A stretch of 64,000 nt of DNA from NCBI GenBank assembly GCA_963713755.1, contig CAVQMW010000005.1, forward strand, positions 1,064,501-1,128,500, read 5' to 3'. Position numbers and translations under genes: made by a program. This DNA comes from an uncultured delta proteobacterium (GTDB lineage: Bacteria; Desulfobacterota; Desulfobacteria; Desulfobacterales; CAVQMW01). The notes beneath the pieces were generated by a model. That model ran no database searches, had not been told where the DNA came from, and saw only the letters and a list, made by a program, of their open reading frames with translations. Positions 39,272 to 47,854 of the stretch are shown one piece after another. Every line of letters starts with the position of its first letter. Within the stretch, counting starts at the first letter, position 1.

Positions 39272-40438
39272 ATGGGGAATGTGATGGTGGATTTTCAATT
39301 CGAAGGCCGCATGATGCGCTACAGTAAATTTGTGCCCAGATTCTATAACTTGTGCAAATCATACGGATTTGAAGCGGGGCGAATCATGCCTTCGCGGGCC
39401 TTCTGCTCGGACGAAAACCAGGGGTTTCCAATTATTCTCATTGCAAAGCATTTCGGTGCTTTCCCCTTCAACCACGGATTGGTGGGGGGAATTGTGGCTA
39501 CTGACCGCCATGGGCCCCACGCTCACCATGGCAAGGATTTGGTGATCATCCAAGCCAGCCATGTGGGGTACGATCCTGAAACAGGCGATTTTGGCGTCTA
39601 TCGGCGCCTGCAGGTGGACACCCTGGCCCACACCGCATCATGCGGAAAAATCGGTGCTGTTCTCCATAGGTACCAGCAGGAATACGACTTTGCTAGACAA
39701 AATATCTCATTTACCCTCATGGACGGTCAGGCGGCTGTAATAATCGACAATGAGTTCCTGGACACTGAGCGTGACGCGGGACTGTTTCTTGTGTTTGAGC
39801 GGATGATTGACATGGAAAAAGGCACTTTGCCGCAACCCCTCCATGTTTTAAGTACTTCCAAGGTTTTTCGGATCGATCCCGCTTTTAGATCCAGTCTGCC
39901 CCAACAGGTCTGGGAATCCAATGATCGTCAGGCGATCAATGAACTACTGACGGCCGACCTATTTTATTTTCGGCGCAATGTCTCGACCGCCATTGAGGGT
40001 CGTGATCAACTGGAACAGAACCTTGTCCTATACATGCCCCAGATTGTCACGGCTAGATTTCCAGCGCTTACCGCGGCCATGGCCAATACCCGCGTAGAGT
40101 TTGACAGGACTTATCGCACCCTGCTCAAAGAACCCGAATACCAGGGCAAAAACCTGGCGTTCATCGCCGGAATCAATATTGATATCTCTCCTCAAAAGGG
40201 GCAGTTGTTCCCATTGACCAAGTTTGTCCCTTGGGCGGCCTACATTCAGACCCGGGATAACCGGCAATTCACACTGGAACAAAAAGAGATCGTGGAGGCT
40301 TTGAATGCTCAGAGCGACGAAAACCCCGACCGAATAGAGCTTTCAAAGGCAATCCAGGTTATGGAGCGTACGCCCAAGATTAAAATTGCCTTGCCCGCCA
40401 GTCAGCCGATCTGCCCGAGCTTACGATGTGACCGTTGA
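39272..40438 (+). CDS. hypothetical protein; possible LCIB/LCIC-like (beta-carbonic-anhydrase-fold) family member
   Basis: 388-aa ORF with AAGGA 6 nt upstream of the ATG. The candidate Cys/His/Cys triad is RAFCSDENQG, ASHVGYD and ASCGKIG. The family assignment is from memory only. Confidence 0.6.
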   Translation: MGNVMVDFQFEGRMMRYSKFVPRFYNLCKSYGFEAGRIMPSRAFCSDENQGFPIILIAKHFGAFPFNHGLVGGIVATDRHGPHAHHGKDLVIIQASHVGYDPETGDFGVYRRLQVDTLAHTASCGKIGAVLHRYQQEYDFARQNISFTLMDGQAAVIIDNEFLDTERDAGLFLVFERMIDMEKGTLPQPLHVLSTSKVFRIDPAFRSSLPQQVWESNDRQAINELLTADLFYFRRNVSTAIEGRDQLEQNLVLYMPQIVTARFPALTAAMANTRVEFDRTYRTLLKEPEYQGKNLAFIAGINIDISPQKGQLFPLTKFVPWAAYIQTRDNRQFTLEQKEIVEALNAQSDENPDRIELSKAIQVMERTPKIKIALPASQPICPSLRCDR

Positions 40439-40586
40439 GTTGGTATGTTCAGAAGGGCACCGTTCTGCAACTTTGTTCTTAAGATCTTCGAAGCCAAAAT
40501 CGGGAGCTGGTGAAGCTGGGGTTACAGAAGCGGGGGTAAGGTCAAAAAACGAGATCCGATTTGGCGATTTGTAAAATTGCAAAAAT

Positions 40587-40636
40587 CAAGACCTGACCCC
40601 AAACCGTGTGACCCCAAACCGTGTGACCCCAAACCC
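40587..40636 (-). repeat. REP-like cluster, minus orientation: GGTTTGGGGTCA x3, with the last copy extended to GGGGTCAGGTCTTG
   Basis: The plus strand reads CAAGACCTGACCCCAAACCGTGTGACCCCAAACCGTGTGACCCCAAACC, a 15-bp tandem. Confidence 0.85.
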
Positions 40637-40889
40637 GCAATTGAATATATTTGATTCTAACAGGAAACTACTGTTTCTGTTTAATATCTCAACTTATCAA
40701 GTTTTTTAATGCCAAATATAAAGTGATCGCAGTGGGAAACAGAATTAGCACTAAACACCCTTTGCTTTTAGGTGTGGTCTGATCGATTTTGTTTTGTGCG
40801 GATGACACCGCCGACATAATGTCGTGCATTTCAAGTCTGCCAGTAGCAGAATATACTATCGGGGATCCGTCTTCTGTTTCAATAAGGTT

Positions 40890-41096
40890 CTATACAATTT
40901 GCTGTTCACAGTGGGGGCACATATCAAATACCCCTAACCCTCTTTCGTTAGTAACAAAATTTCCGTTGCATTCTGGGCAAACCATCAGAAAGCCAGCATC
41001 GTTACCACACTTTGGACATGGGTTTTGGGGCTTAACTAAATCTTGATAGAATTTTTATCCGCAACTGCATTCCATCTTTAATCGAGATGAACCCAT
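40890..41096 (-). pseudogene. zinc-ribbon protein reading frame interrupted by an in-frame TAA
   Basis: The minus-strand translation is MGSSRLKMECSCG*KFYQDLVKPQNPCPKCGNDAGFLMVCPECNGNFVTNERGLGVFDMCPHCEQQIV*. It has four CxxC pairs, and there is no start codon directly after the TAA. Confidence 0.35.
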
Positions 41097-41139
41097 CGTC
41101 GATAGTTCCTTATTAAAGAAAATTTATTTTTAAATACTA

Positions 41140-41379
41140 TTATTCTTCCTCAAAGGTATCATCAGCCATAGTCGGATTATATCTTCTATATAGTTCTTCG
41201 ATTGTTCCATCCTCTTGAGCTTCGAATATAGGTCCAATCAATTCAGTGTATTCCTCTCCAAATTTTGGATATTTTTCTATAATTTCAGGGTGCTCTTTAT
41301 AGAGAAAATATAATCCAAGACTCCTTGCACATAAAGGTGGCTTTACGCATGCATGGAGAAAAGTTTCGCCAAACGCCAT
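41140..41379 (-). CDS. small acidic hypothetical protein (AT-rich island)
   Basis: 79-aa ORF. It is in the same frame as ORF 41419-41613, separated by TAA (41416-41418) and 12 further codons. Confidence 0.4.
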   Translation of the reverse strand: MAFGETFLHACVKPPLCARSLGLYFLYKEHPEIIEKYPKFGEEYTELIGPIFEAQEDGTIEELYRRYNPTMADDTFEEE

Positions 41380-41693
41380 CCGTTGGATATCAGGGTCCTC
41401 GATATTGTGACCATTTGCTTATATTCTATTCAACCAAGCGCTGGCGAGCCAAGCGTGAGGCTCTTCATGTGGTCTTAATCTTTGGAAAAGAGGTGCTTTT
41501 AAAAAGACGGATTCAGTTGTCTCGACTGTTTGATCACCGAGCGCCTCGTCACTTACAAATTGTTTAAATAAATTTCCAATCCCCATTTCAATCCCCCCTA
41601 TTGCTACGGCCATTATGAAAGTTGCTTATTATGTTAGATTTGGACAAAAACCATTAAACATCCACGGTTGACCCCTAGTCAAGTTTTTATCCA

Positions 41694-41780
41694 GGTTCGG
41701 GGTCAGGTCTTGCACAAAGGTTCGGGGTCAAGGTTCGGGGTCACGCAAGGTTCGGGGTCAGGTCTTCAAATTTGTATCGT
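41694..41780 (+). repeat. REP-like cluster, plus orientation: GGTTCGGGGTCA x4, two copies extended to GGGGTCAGGTCTT
   Basis: GGTTCGGGGTCAGGTCTTGCACAAAGGTTCGGGGTCAAGGTTCGGGGTCACGCAAGGTTCGGGGTCAGGTCTTCAAATTTGTATC. It is inverted relative to the cluster at 40587-40636. Confidence 0.85.
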
Positions 41781-41891
41781 ATTAAAGAACCAGGTTTGAC
41801 GCGATCCTGGACACCAACCTTCATTCAACAACCCAGACCAGATACCCAACCCAGCATCAGTTGCTGGAATAAACCTGGCCGAACATCCAAT

Positions 41892-43232
41892 TTACAGCTT
41901 TTTTAGAAGTTGGTTGGCCGCTGTGAGCAATGGATCCCACACCGGGCCGAAGGGCGGGGCGTAGGAGAGATCGGTCTGGCTGAAGCGTTCCACTGTCATC
42001 TGGTTGTGCAGGGCGACGGCCGCGGCATTGATGCGATGGGCGGCTCCCTCCTTGCCCAGCATCTGCGCGCCGAGCAGCCGTCCGGTTTTTCTGTCGCCGA
42101 TCATGTGAACATGGATGGGGACCGATCCGGGATGCCCATGGGCCCGGGAGCGGGTTTTGATGACCACACCCACAGGGTCGAACCCGGCGGTTTCGGCTTC
42201 TTGCATCGTCAGCCCGGTGCGGGCCGACTCCAGATCGAACACCTTGAAAACGGCGGTCCCCGCCACCCCCTCAAGCCGGGTCCGGCCGCCGCAAACGTTG
42301 TTCGCCACGGCCCAGCCGGCCCGATTGGCCAGAAGGGCCAGGGGAATCCACACTTTTTCACCAGTCACCACATGATAGGCGTCCGCGCAGTCGCCGGCTG
42401 CATAAATATTCGCATCCGATGTGCACAAAAAGCGGTCGACGCGGATGGCGTTTTGAGCGCCGGTTTCAAGACCGGCGGCGGCGGCGAGTTCACTGTTGGG
42501 GGTAATGCCCATGGCCGGCAGCACCATGTCCGCTGCAAGGGTCATGTCGTCGCTCACCACGGAAAGGGCGTTTCCAGCGGATTCAATTTTTTGTACCCTT
42601 TGTCCAAGATGGAGTCTGGCGCCGTTGGAGGTCACTTCGGCCTGCATCACCTCCGCAAGTTCCGATGCGGCCCAGGGCAGAAACTGCGGGCCCGGCTTGA
42701 CCATGTCCACTTCCAGCCCCCGCGCCCGCAGGGATTCGCACATTTCAAGGCCGATGTAGCCCATGCCGATGATCACCACCCGCCTTACCGGCCGAGTGTT
42801 GAGCCATTCCTTTATTTTCCGGCCGTTGTCCAGAACCTTCAATGGCATGACCCCGGGCAGCTCGTATCCCGGGTCGTCCGGCACAATCGGGCTTCCGCCG
42901 GTGGCGATGAGCAGTTTATCGTAGGGCAACGTAAATTCCCTGGCCTGGTCTGTAACCCCAAATACCTGCTTTGCCTGGGGATCGATGCGCCGGACCTCGT
43001 GGCCGGTGCGCAGGTCGATGCCCTGTTTTTGGCGGAAGACTTCGGCCTGCCGCACCACCAGCTCTTCAATGGGTTTTTCGGGAACCGCAATGTTATAGGG
43101 CATGCCGCAGGCGCTGAAGGAGACGTCATGGGTTTTTTCCAACACCGTGACATGCATGTCGGGCAGGGTTCGTTTGGCCCGGCTGGCCGCGCTCATGCCG
43201 GCGGCGTCGCCGCCGATGACGACAAAATCCAT
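41892..43232 (-). CDS. pyridine nucleotide-disulfide oxidoreductase (CoA-disulfide reductase / NADH oxidase family)
   Basis: Has MDFVVIGGDAAGMSAA (FAD site), the redox Cys context SFSACGMPY, and a second dinucleotide site VVIIGMGYIGLE. Confidence 0.8.
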   Translation of the reverse strand: MDFVVIGGDAAGMSAASRAKRTLPDMHVTVLEKTHDVSFSACGMPYNIAVPEKPIEELVVRQAEVFRQKQGIDLRTGHEVRRIDPQAKQVFGVTDQAREFTLPYDKLLIATGGSPIVPDDPGYELPGVMPLKVLDNGRKIKEWLNTRPVRRVVIIGMGYIGLEMCESLRARGLEVDMVKPGPQFLPWAASELAEVMQAEVTSNGARLHLGQRVQKIESAGNALSVVSDDMTLAADMVLPAMGITPNSELAAAAGLETGAQNAIRVDRFLCTSDANIYAAGDCADAYHVVTGEKVWIPLALLANRAGWAVANNVCGGRTRLEGVAGTAVFKVFDLESARTGLTMQEAETAGFDPVGVVIKTRSRAHGHPGSVPIHVHMIGDRKTGRLLGAQMLGKEGAAHRINAAAVALHNQMTVERFSQTDLSYAPPFGPVWDPLLTAANQLLKKL

Positions 43233-43337
43233 AGCTCCTCCTTTTTGCGGTTTGAAGTTCGGACCCGCACGCGATCACTTTTCCGGATTCTTCCCTTGGG
43301 TCCCCATTATATGGCGCGAAACTGCCGGCACCGCAAT

Positions 43338-43413
43338 TGAAAAAACGGGGTCAGGTCTTGAAATTTGAATCGAGTTGAAAAAACGGGGTCAGGTCTTGAA
43401 ATTTGAATCGAGT
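43338..43413 (+). repeat. perfect 38-bp tandem duplication carrying the GGGGTCAGGTCTTGAAATTTGAATC element
   Basis: TGAAAAAACGGGGTCAGGTCTTGAAATTTGAATCGAGT occurs at 43338-43375 and again at 43376-43413, ending 18 nt upstream of the transposase-like start. Confidence 0.95.
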
Positions 43414-43431
43414 TGGGCTAAAGGGAAGACC

Positions 43432-44292
43432 ATGGCACGGCCGTTACGCATCGAATTTCCAGGCGCGGTGTACCACGTCACCTCCCGGGGCAATGCAAGG
43501 GAGCCGATAGTCTTGTCGGACACCGACCGACATGCTTTCATGGGGGTTCTGGAACGCGTGGTGGCCCGCTACCATTGGAGATGCCATGCATACTGCCTCA
43601 TGGACAACCACTACCATCTACTGGTGGAAACCCCGGATGCCAACCTTTCTTTGGGGATGCGGCAGCTCAATGGGGTCTATACCCAGAGATTTAACCGCCG
43701 GCATGAGCGGGTCGGCCATCTCTTTCAGGGGCGCTTCAAAGCAATTCTGGTGGAAAAGGATGCCCACTTGCTGGAACTTTGCCGCTATGTGGTGCTCAAC
43801 CCGCTGCGCGCCGGCATGGTGAGTCATCCCAAGCAATGGAACTGGAGCAGCTACAGCGCCACCGCCTATGCGGGCAGGGCACCGGAGCTGTTAAGCGTAG
43901 CGTGGATACTCTCCCAATTCGCCCCTCAAAAAACCGAGGCTCGCAAGGGATACCGCAAGTTTGTGGCCGGCGGAATGGCGGCCTTCGTTGAAAGTCCCTG
44001 GAAAAAGGTGGTGGGGCAGATTATCTTCGGCGGGTCTGAATTCGTGGCGGATCTCAAGGGCCGAATCGAAGGCGCCAAAGAGGACGGCGAAATCCCGCGC
44101 CAACAGCGCTTTGCCGGGCGACCGTCGCTCAAGGCGCTGTTTGCGGACCAGGCGATCCAAAGCATTGCCGAGCGCAACCAGCAGATTGCCTCGGCCCATG
44201 TGAAATACGGCTACACCTTGACCGAGATCGCCAATCAATTGGGGCTGCACTATTCAACCGTCAGCCGCGCTTTTAAAGGCTGGAGATCCTGA
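43432..44292 (+). CDS. IS200/IS605-type Y1 HUH transposase-like protein (RAYT-like) with a C-terminal DnaA-C-type HTH
   Basis: Has YHVTSRGN, the HUH motif MDNHYHLLVETP, GRFK, and the Tyr motif RYVVLNPLRAG. The C-terminal HTH is YTLTEIANQLGLHYSTVSRA. The start ATG at 43432 has AAGGGA upstream. Confidence 0.8.
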   Translation: MARPLRIEFPGAVYHVTSRGNAREPIVLSDTDRHAFMGVLERVVARYHWRCHAYCLMDNHYHLLVETPDANLSLGMRQLNGVYTQRFNRRHERVGHLFQGRFKAILVEKDAHLLELCRYVVLNPLRAGMVSHPKQWNWSSYSATAYAGRAPELLSVAWILSQFAPQKTEARKGYRKFVAGGMAAFVESPWKKVVGQIIFGGSEFVADLKGRIEGAKEDGEIPRQQRFAGRPSLKALFADQAIQSIAERNQQIASAHVKYGYTLTEIANQLGLHYSTVSRAFKGWRS

Positions 44293-44298
44293 GCGCCC

Positions 44299-45300
44299 AT
44301 GAAACAGGCCGTCATCATCACCACCATTTCCGAGCCCACCCCGGCGGTAAGGGCCTTTGCCCGGCTGGCGGGTTGGCACTTGATTGTGGTGGCCGATCAA
44401 AAGACTCCCGCTTCCTGGTGCTGTCCCGGCGCCGAATTGATCTCCGTTGCCGACCAGCAACACTCAGCGTACGGGATTGCCGCCCGGTTGCCCTGGAACC
44501 ATTATGCCCGCAAGATGATGGGCTATTTGCGGGCCATGGAGGATGGGGCGGTTTGCATTGCCGATACCGATGATGACAATCGGCCCTATGAGGATTGGGG
44601 CTTTCCGCCCTGGCAGGGGATTTATCGCTGTATTCCCGACGGGGCGCCTTGGGCCAATGTTTACGCTTATTTCACGGATCAACGGATCTGGCCCCGGGGA
44701 TTTCCCCTGGATCGAATCCATGACCCTGGAGCCGTTACGGCCGAGGATCAGCTTAAATTAGAGACCGTACGGGTGGGGGTGTGGCAGGGGTTGGCCGACG
44801 GCGATCCCGATGTGGATGCGATCTACCGGCTGACGGTGGGCACGGCCTGCCGCTTTAAGCCGGCCGAGCCCGTGGTGTTGCCTCCCGGGACCCACTCACC
44901 GTTCAACTCCCAGAATACCCTTTTCCGCAAGGCGCTGTTCCCCTTGCTCTATCTGCCGGCCTTGGTTACGTTTCGCTTTACCGATATCCTACGGGGCTGG
45001 GTGGCCCAACCCATCATGTGGCGGGCCGGGTTTCAGTTGGGGTTCACCCGGGCCACGGTTTTTCAGGAGCGCAATCCCCACGATGACCTACAGGATTTTG
45101 AATCGGAGATTCCCGGTTACCTCAACGCCCAGCGGGTCATGGAGATCGCCCAAGAGGCCGTGGGCAGCGATGTATCGGTGAGCGACAATCTGGCCCGGGT
45201 TTATGGGGCGCTGGCCCGGGTTGAAATTGTGAGCGATGACGAACTGCGCCTGCTGGACGCCTGGCTCGTCGATTGCCAGAAGCTGGGCTGCGGATCCTGA
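44299..45300 (+). CDS. STELLO-like (DUF288) putative glycosyltransferase
   Basis: The N-terminal MKQAVIITTISEPTPAVRAF...LIVVADQKTP pattern is characteristic of DUF288/STELLO-like proteins, recognised from memory. Confidence 0.6.
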   Translation: MKQAVIITTISEPTPAVRAFARLAGWHLIVVADQKTPASWCCPGAELISVADQQHSAYGIAARLPWNHYARKMMGYLRAMEDGAVCIADTDDDNRPYEDWGFPPWQGIYRCIPDGAPWANVYAYFTDQRIWPRGFPLDRIHDPGAVTAEDQLKLETVRVGVWQGLADGDPDVDAIYRLTVGTACRFKPAEPVVLPPGTHSPFNSQNTLFRKALFPLLYLPALVTFRFTDILRGWVAQPIMWRAGFQLGFTRATVFQERNPHDDLQDFESEIPGYLNAQRVMEIAQEAVGSDVSVSDNLARVYGALARVEIVSDDELRLLDAWLVDCQKLGCGS

Positions 45301-45384
45301 TTTAGGGAAGGGGACCCCAACATCCGGTTTGCCGTGACCGGCCCCTGGGCGCTCTCCCTCACGCTTACCCCGCTCCCAATAGCC

Positions 45385-46932
45385 ATGAAAAAATTCTGCT
45401 ATCTGATCCAAGCCGCCGAGGGCATGCCCTATCCCCAGATCCCCCATGGGGACAACGACATCTTCCTGCTCACCTGGAAAACGCCGGCTGAGGGGAAACG
45501 GTGCCTCTTTTACCCGGGAAGTTCCTGGAACGAGGGCCGCAACCGCTTGCTAAAGGCTGCCCTGGATCACGGCCGGGAGAGGGGGGAAGACTATCTCTAT
45601 TACATCTTCATGGACGATGACTGCGAGGTGTCCGAGGACCGGGAGTTGGCCCGGCGCCTGGGCATTGAGCTGACCGGCAACCCTTTTCGCACCTTTGAGC
45701 GCTGTCTACTGGAGTGGGAACCAGCGGTGGGCTATACGCGCTACGACTGGCAGCATTGTGAGGAAGGCCGAGAAGTCAATCTGGGATATAATTTCGACGC
45801 CATTTTCAACGCCTTTCACCGGGAGACCCTTGACTTCCTCCTGCCGTACTACACCGGTTTCGACAACGAATCGTGGCTCTACTCCCAGATGCTCATCAAT
45901 CATCTGGCGGCCATGGTCTACCATCCTCACCGGATTCAGTTTAACGTGATCCGCACGGTCAACCGCCGCCTGAAAGGCTATACCGCGCGCAAGAAATTTT
46001 GGTCCATTCCCACCACCTTTATGGCCAATGCCGTGCGGTCCGACCTGACGCGCAAGATGAACACCCGCCGACCCAATGATCCCCGCCCCCCTAAGGATGC
46101 CGAGCCCCGGAAAAAAGCGCGTGGGTACAAAATCGAGCCCCGGGAGTTCCAGCGCCATTTCGACCCGGATCATCCCTTTTTCAGGGATCGCCGGCTCACT
46201 TCCAGGGCGCCTTATCGCTATTCGTCCCCCAGGCGGAAGAGCGGTCTGCGCACGGCGGTTTGTATATCCGGAAGCTGCCGGATGCTCGATGTCACCCTCC
46301 CCAACCTGGAAAAATTTGTGTTTGATGTCCTGGAGCACTATGATCTATTTGTTTATGCGCCCCGGGACGCGTTCAGCCCTTTGGCCGAGCGTCTGCCGGC
46401 CACCCTTCTCAAGGTGGCGGCGGACCGGAAGCTGCCGGAAACCGGGCTGCGTAACGGCGCCACCTGCCGGCTGAAGAGCGGGGTACAAGGCTATCTGCAA
46501 CAGTTGTACGGCCTGAAAATGTGTCATAATTTAATGCGTAAATTTCAGCGCGAAAATAACATCTATTATGATTGCGTCATCCGCTGCCGGCCCGATCTTA
46601 ATTTTCTGAGCCCCATCCCCGACCCCCGGCGGCTGGATGGGGACTATCTCTATGTGCCTGATTTTCATCAGTTTGACGGGGTCAACGACCGCTTTGCCAT
46701 GGGCGGGTCGGCGCAGATGGCGGTTTATCTCGACAAGTATGACGCGCTCCATGGCTACGTGGCGCGCTGGATGGCCAGGAACCCCCATGCCCTGCCGGTG
46801 AGCGCCGAGATGTTCACGGCCGGTCATCTGCGGGAAGCGGGCATTCCGGTGCGACAGCTGCCCATCCGCTTTAACCGGGTGCGCCGTCATGGGGAGATCG
46901 AAGATACCGAGCCCGGTGAATCATGCCTATGA
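45385..46932 (+). CDS. two-domain hypothetical protein, glycosyltransferase-like (DxD: IFMDDDCEV)
   Basis: 515-aa ORF from ATG 45385 (MKKFCYLIQ). It overlaps the downstream permease start by 10 nt, which suggests translational coupling. Confidence 0.6.
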   Translation: MKKFCYLIQAAEGMPYPQIPHGDNDIFLLTWKTPAEGKRCLFYPGSSWNEGRNRLLKAALDHGRERGEDYLYYIFMDDDCEVSEDRELARRLGIELTGNPFRTFERCLLEWEPAVGYTRYDWQHCEEGREVNLGYNFDAIFNAFHRETLDFLLPYYTGFDNESWLYSQMLINHLAAMVYHPHRIQFNVIRTVNRRLKGYTARKKFWSIPTTFMANAVRSDLTRKMNTRRPNDPRPPKDAEPRKKARGYKIEPREFQRHFDPDHPFFRDRRLTSRAPYRYSSPRRKSGLRTAVCISGSCRMLDVTLPNLEKFVFDVLEHYDLFVYAPRDAFSPLAERLPATLLKVAADRKLPETGLRNGATCRLKSGVQGYLQQLYGLKMCHNLMRKFQRENNIYYDCVIRCRPDLNFLSPIPDPRRLDGDYLYVPDFHQFDGVNDRFAMGGSAQMAVYLDKYDALHGYVARWMARNPHALPVSAEMFTAGHLREAGIPVRQLPIRFNRVRRHGEIEDTEPGESCL

Positions 46933-47624
46933 AACCTGTCGTCGCTTCTGATGTCCCGGACCTGGACGCATCTGTCCAGCGCCAGGTGGTGCTGCCCTTG
47001 AGAAAATCCGTGGAGATCGCCCTGAAAAGCCTCAAAGTGCGATTTTTTCGCTCCCTGATCACCACCTTGAGTTTGGTGCTGGCGGTCTCCTTTCTCAGTT
47101 TTGTCAGTGTCGGCACGGACCTGGCCAACGGTCTGCTGGCCACGGGGGATGCCGATTTGCGCCAGGCCCTGGTCCAGGGGGGCTTGGATTTGGCCCCCGA
47201 GGAGACCCGAGCCGACGCCAGCCCCAAACAGCGCTGGATCATCATCCTCTCCCTGCTGGTCTGCGTGGTGGGGATCGTCAACGCCCAGCTCATGGCGGTG
47301 ACCGAGCGCTTTCGCGAAATCGGCACCATGAAGTGCCTGGGAGCCCTGGACCGTTTCATCCTGCGTCTGTTTCTGCTGGAGGCCGGGTTCCAGGGGTTGG
47401 CCGGCGCCACCCTGGGCGCGCTGCTGGGCGCGCTGGCCGCCCTGCTCAACGGGCTGCTGCGCTTCGGGCTTCAGGCGCTGGCCCATCTGCCCTTGGGGGA
47501 AACCCTGACCTCCATTGGGCTGGCCAGCGGGGTAGGGTGTCTATTGAGCCTGCTGGGGGTGCTCTATCCGGCCTTTGTGGCAGCGCGCATGCAGCCGGTG
47601 GAGGCCATGCGGGTGGAGCAGTAG
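46923..47624 (+). CDS. small FtsX-family ABC transporter permease
   Basis: Has an N-terminal TM helix, then ERFREIGTMKCLGA...LEAGFQGLAGATLGAL...LYPAFVAARMQPVEAMR, the FtsX signature. Confidence 0.8.
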   Translation: MPMKPVVASDVPDLDASVQRQVVLPLRKSVEIALKSLKVRFFRSLITTLSLVLAVSFLSFVSVGTDLANGLLATGDADLRQALVQGGLDLAPEETRADASPKQRWIIILSLLVCVVGIVNAQLMAVTERFREIGTMKCLGALDRFILRLFLLEAGFQGLAGATLGALLGALAALLNGLLRFGLQALAHLPLGETLTSIGLASGVGCLLSLLGVLYPAFVAARMQPVEAMRVEQ

Positions 47625-47706
47625 ATCCGGATTCCAATTTTCATCGCGGACCAGAGATCTTGAGCGCCCAAAGGTTTTCGTCAGGCCGTTTTTCTATATG
47701 GAGTAG

Positions 47707-47725
47707 GGGGTCAAGATTTTGAATC
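47707..47725 (+). repeat. variant REP-like element GGGGTCAAGATTTTGAATC inside the permease-ATPase spacer
   Basis: It resembles GGGGTCAGGTCTTGAAATTTGAATC at 43347 and 43385. It lies in a 230-nt intergenic gap within an apparent operon. Confidence 0.5.
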
Positions 47726-47854
47726 CCGACATGCCGGCCGCGAGGTGTAGCACGGGCCGCTATCCAAAAGAAAAACCGCTTCTCCGAAAAAACATGGTAT
47801 TCACCAACTCTCCGGGATTCTATGGTTCGCCAGAATGACACAGGAACCAGCACT

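Noticed and set aside
40789-41046. 85-aa plus-strand ORF in the AT-rich island.
   Set aside because: It has no motif and odd composition. The opposite strand encodes a four-CxxC zinc-ribbon frame over the same nucleotides, which is the more plausible, though disrupted, coding signal.
43375-43431. Longer start (ORF track 43375) for the transposase-like gene.
   Set aside because: The extension lies within the 38-bp tandem repeat. ATG 43432 has an AAGGGA RBS and begins the family-typical MARPLRIEFPGAVYHV.
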